From Nitrospirales bacterium (GTDB lineage Bacteria > Nitrospirota > Nitrospiria > Nitrospirales > UBA8639): 64,000 nucleotides of DNA. Position 1 is the first letter of the stretch, and every line of letters begins with the position of its first letter. Both the position numbers and the translations under genes were made by a program. This document shows positions 62,401-64,000 of the stretch, piece after piece. The stretch covers positions 576,001 to 640,000 of the forward strand of contig CBDBCZ010000017.1 of the NCBI GenBank assembly GCA_965203295.1. The letters are read 5' to 3'. The notes under the pieces were generated by a model that was not told the DNA's origin, did not search any database, and was given only the letters and a program-made list of their open reading frames with translations.

Positions 62401-63146
62401 AATCACTCCTCTGCATTGGTGGTATATACATTATTAACCAAGAATGTGAAATACACTAGTGATGCATTGCTAATATATTTTGCCCACTCATCTGTAACTC
62501 AAATAACAACTGGTATAATACCATGTTTAATATTTGCATAATCCTTTAGCTATAAGTTCACATGTCTACAGTAACAGCTAATTAGTAAGGAACACTCCAG
62601 TTTCACACTACTTCAAAGAGATTTCATGATTCTCGGGTGCTCAAAGATTTACTGTTCACAGAGAAATAAAAGGAGCTGATGTTCACGTATGGCTGTGAAC
62701 TCTGCTCCAAGCAGAATCTTCACCGTCAACTAATCTGGTTTCACCACAAATCTCAACAGCATATCACAAAAGCCACTACATATTGTTTAAGTGGATCTCC
62801 TGAGGTCTAGAGCTGAGTGGTGCACAACACACCACTTCCACTTTGAAATTCTAGATCTTCTCCCTCAAACAATTTTTTTTTTTAGATCAAACCCTGGCTG
62901 CCCATTATCAGCTTGTTCGCAGTATCCTCCATGTGCGAGCTCTATTTCCATGATAGGTTGGTGTGTACTGCTATTAATCATTATTATCTGAAGGGGAAGG
63001 GTCTGCCCGCGAAATAATACGCACAGCTTGTTACTAAGACTGAGCGGGCGAGTCAACTCACCTTTGGCCACCAGTAAAAGTAGCGCAGCTGCCAATACAG
63101 CGACCAGCATTTCAAACGCCTTTCTTCCCAGCAATAGGCAGGCCAT
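56486..63146 (-). pseudogene. Receptor gene 7: kinase-less paralog (signal, modules A and B, degenerate sushi exons, TM, Tyr tail). Frameshifted, so either a pseudogene or a secreted two-module protein
   Basis: Signal exon 63146-63062. Module A 59242-58721. Module B 58553-58010 has a 4-bp insertion (~58041-58046) that gives TGA at 58036. Three partly deleted sushi exons lie at ~57734-57820, ~57531-57662 and ~57177-57208. The TM+tail exon 56958-56486 is open. Confidence 0.72.
59558..63013. repeat. Tandem duplication (~1.7 kb x2) inside intron 1 of gene 7
   Basis: Units ~59558-61330 and ~61331-63013 both begin aagttgcaagcctttttctctttt. Both contain the same hairpin element (~59731-59867; ~61500-61631) and the same CACTGC MITE. 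Confidence 0.85.
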
Positions 63147-63625
63147 GACCTCGGGATTACCAGCGGAAGCGTACTAATAATTTTCCGTCGGGGCGCGCGC
63201 GCAAAGGGCCACGTGGTATTGCAGCCGATGCACTATAGTCTCGTGCCCTGACCATCCACTTGAATCCTGCATCGATCCTACAGCTACCCACTAATCATAA
63301 TCTGCCTAGCAAAACATCATTCCATAGTAAGTAAATAGACTAGCTTTTAACATTGTTTTAATAGTGTACAGAGGTCAGCCAAGAATACATAGAATGCAGG
63401 AAATTCACTATATGCATACATAATAACTTAGACCATAGGCAGCTGTACATGTGTGCGGCACACTGTTGTTTGTATACATTGATACTAAAATGTGTTAGAG
63501 ACACTATACTGTCCCACCAACATCATTGATAGTGGTGCAGTAGCTAACACATTCGACTATAGGTTCTACAGTGTTGCTCTTCTGTAACTCAATGTCAATG
63601 TCTGTCTGTCTTATTGTCAACATAG

Positions 63626-64000
63626 CTAGTCATAGTAAACAGAAGGGTGCTTTATAGAGTCAAAACTATGCTCTCTTAGACTATCATCTGTTTTCACTGT
63701 TCCGTAAGCCTCATTTTGGAAAATGGGGATGGCAGCGGTGTTTGTGACATAGGATGCATTATGAGACACCTGGATGTTATCTTCATTTCTTATGCTAGTG
63801 GCATCACTAGCAAGTTCACGATCAGCATGAAATGACCGAGTGAGGGCTCTTCTTCGAGTAGATACCTCTGGTTGGGGTTCCTGGCTGATATGGGCTGTCA
63901 CAGCCATTCGTCGTCTTCTGACAAACAAAATTGTCCAAACGGCTATCAATGTGGCAAGAATCGCTACCACAAGCCACTCCTCCTCCAATGATTGGACCTA
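63626..64000 (-). pseudogene. Receptor gene 8 (partial, window edge): inverted paralog of the gene 1 TM+Tyr-tail exon, apparently disabled
   Basis: Highly similar to 9592-10030. It has a 5-bp deletion in the TM codons (GTGGC[CGGGC]TTGTG) and a 4-bp insertion that creates TAG inside YYDYV. Confidence 0.72.

Overview
Intron-rich animal genomic DNA, most consistent with a demosponge (inferred from short GT-AG introns, Eph-like receptor kinases and the MITE landscape; not provable from sequence alone). The left end (1-5.7 kb, minus strand) is the 5' part of an AEBP2/jing-like C2H2 zinc-finger gene. Its long intron holds a ~2.5 kb minisatellite built from its own splice donor. The remaining ~57 kb is a tandem cluster of eight related type-I membrane receptor genes or gene relics. 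Their ectodomains share a ~175-185 aa Cys-containing module that I cannot assign to a named family (motifs QAI.P.YTF.C.G.V..WG.C, F.VWR, C[YF]S.[VI]G.N, VEPGDV.GFY). Five genes are receptor tyrosine kinases with Eph-like catalytic domains: one has a mucin stalk, and four have 10, 0, 6 or 1 sushi/CCP repeats. Three are kinase-less counterparts with Tyr-motif tails: one looks intact, one is frameshifted or secreted, and one is a pseudogene fragment at the window edge. Paralogs differ mainly in a few short ectodomain loops and show signs of gene conversion, exon-number change and birth-and-death evolution, which resembles a paired immune or allorecognition receptor locus. Introns carry many MITEs, tRNA-Thr-like repeats and very short palindromic insertions. 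Exon coordinates were read by eye from splice sites and paralog comparison.
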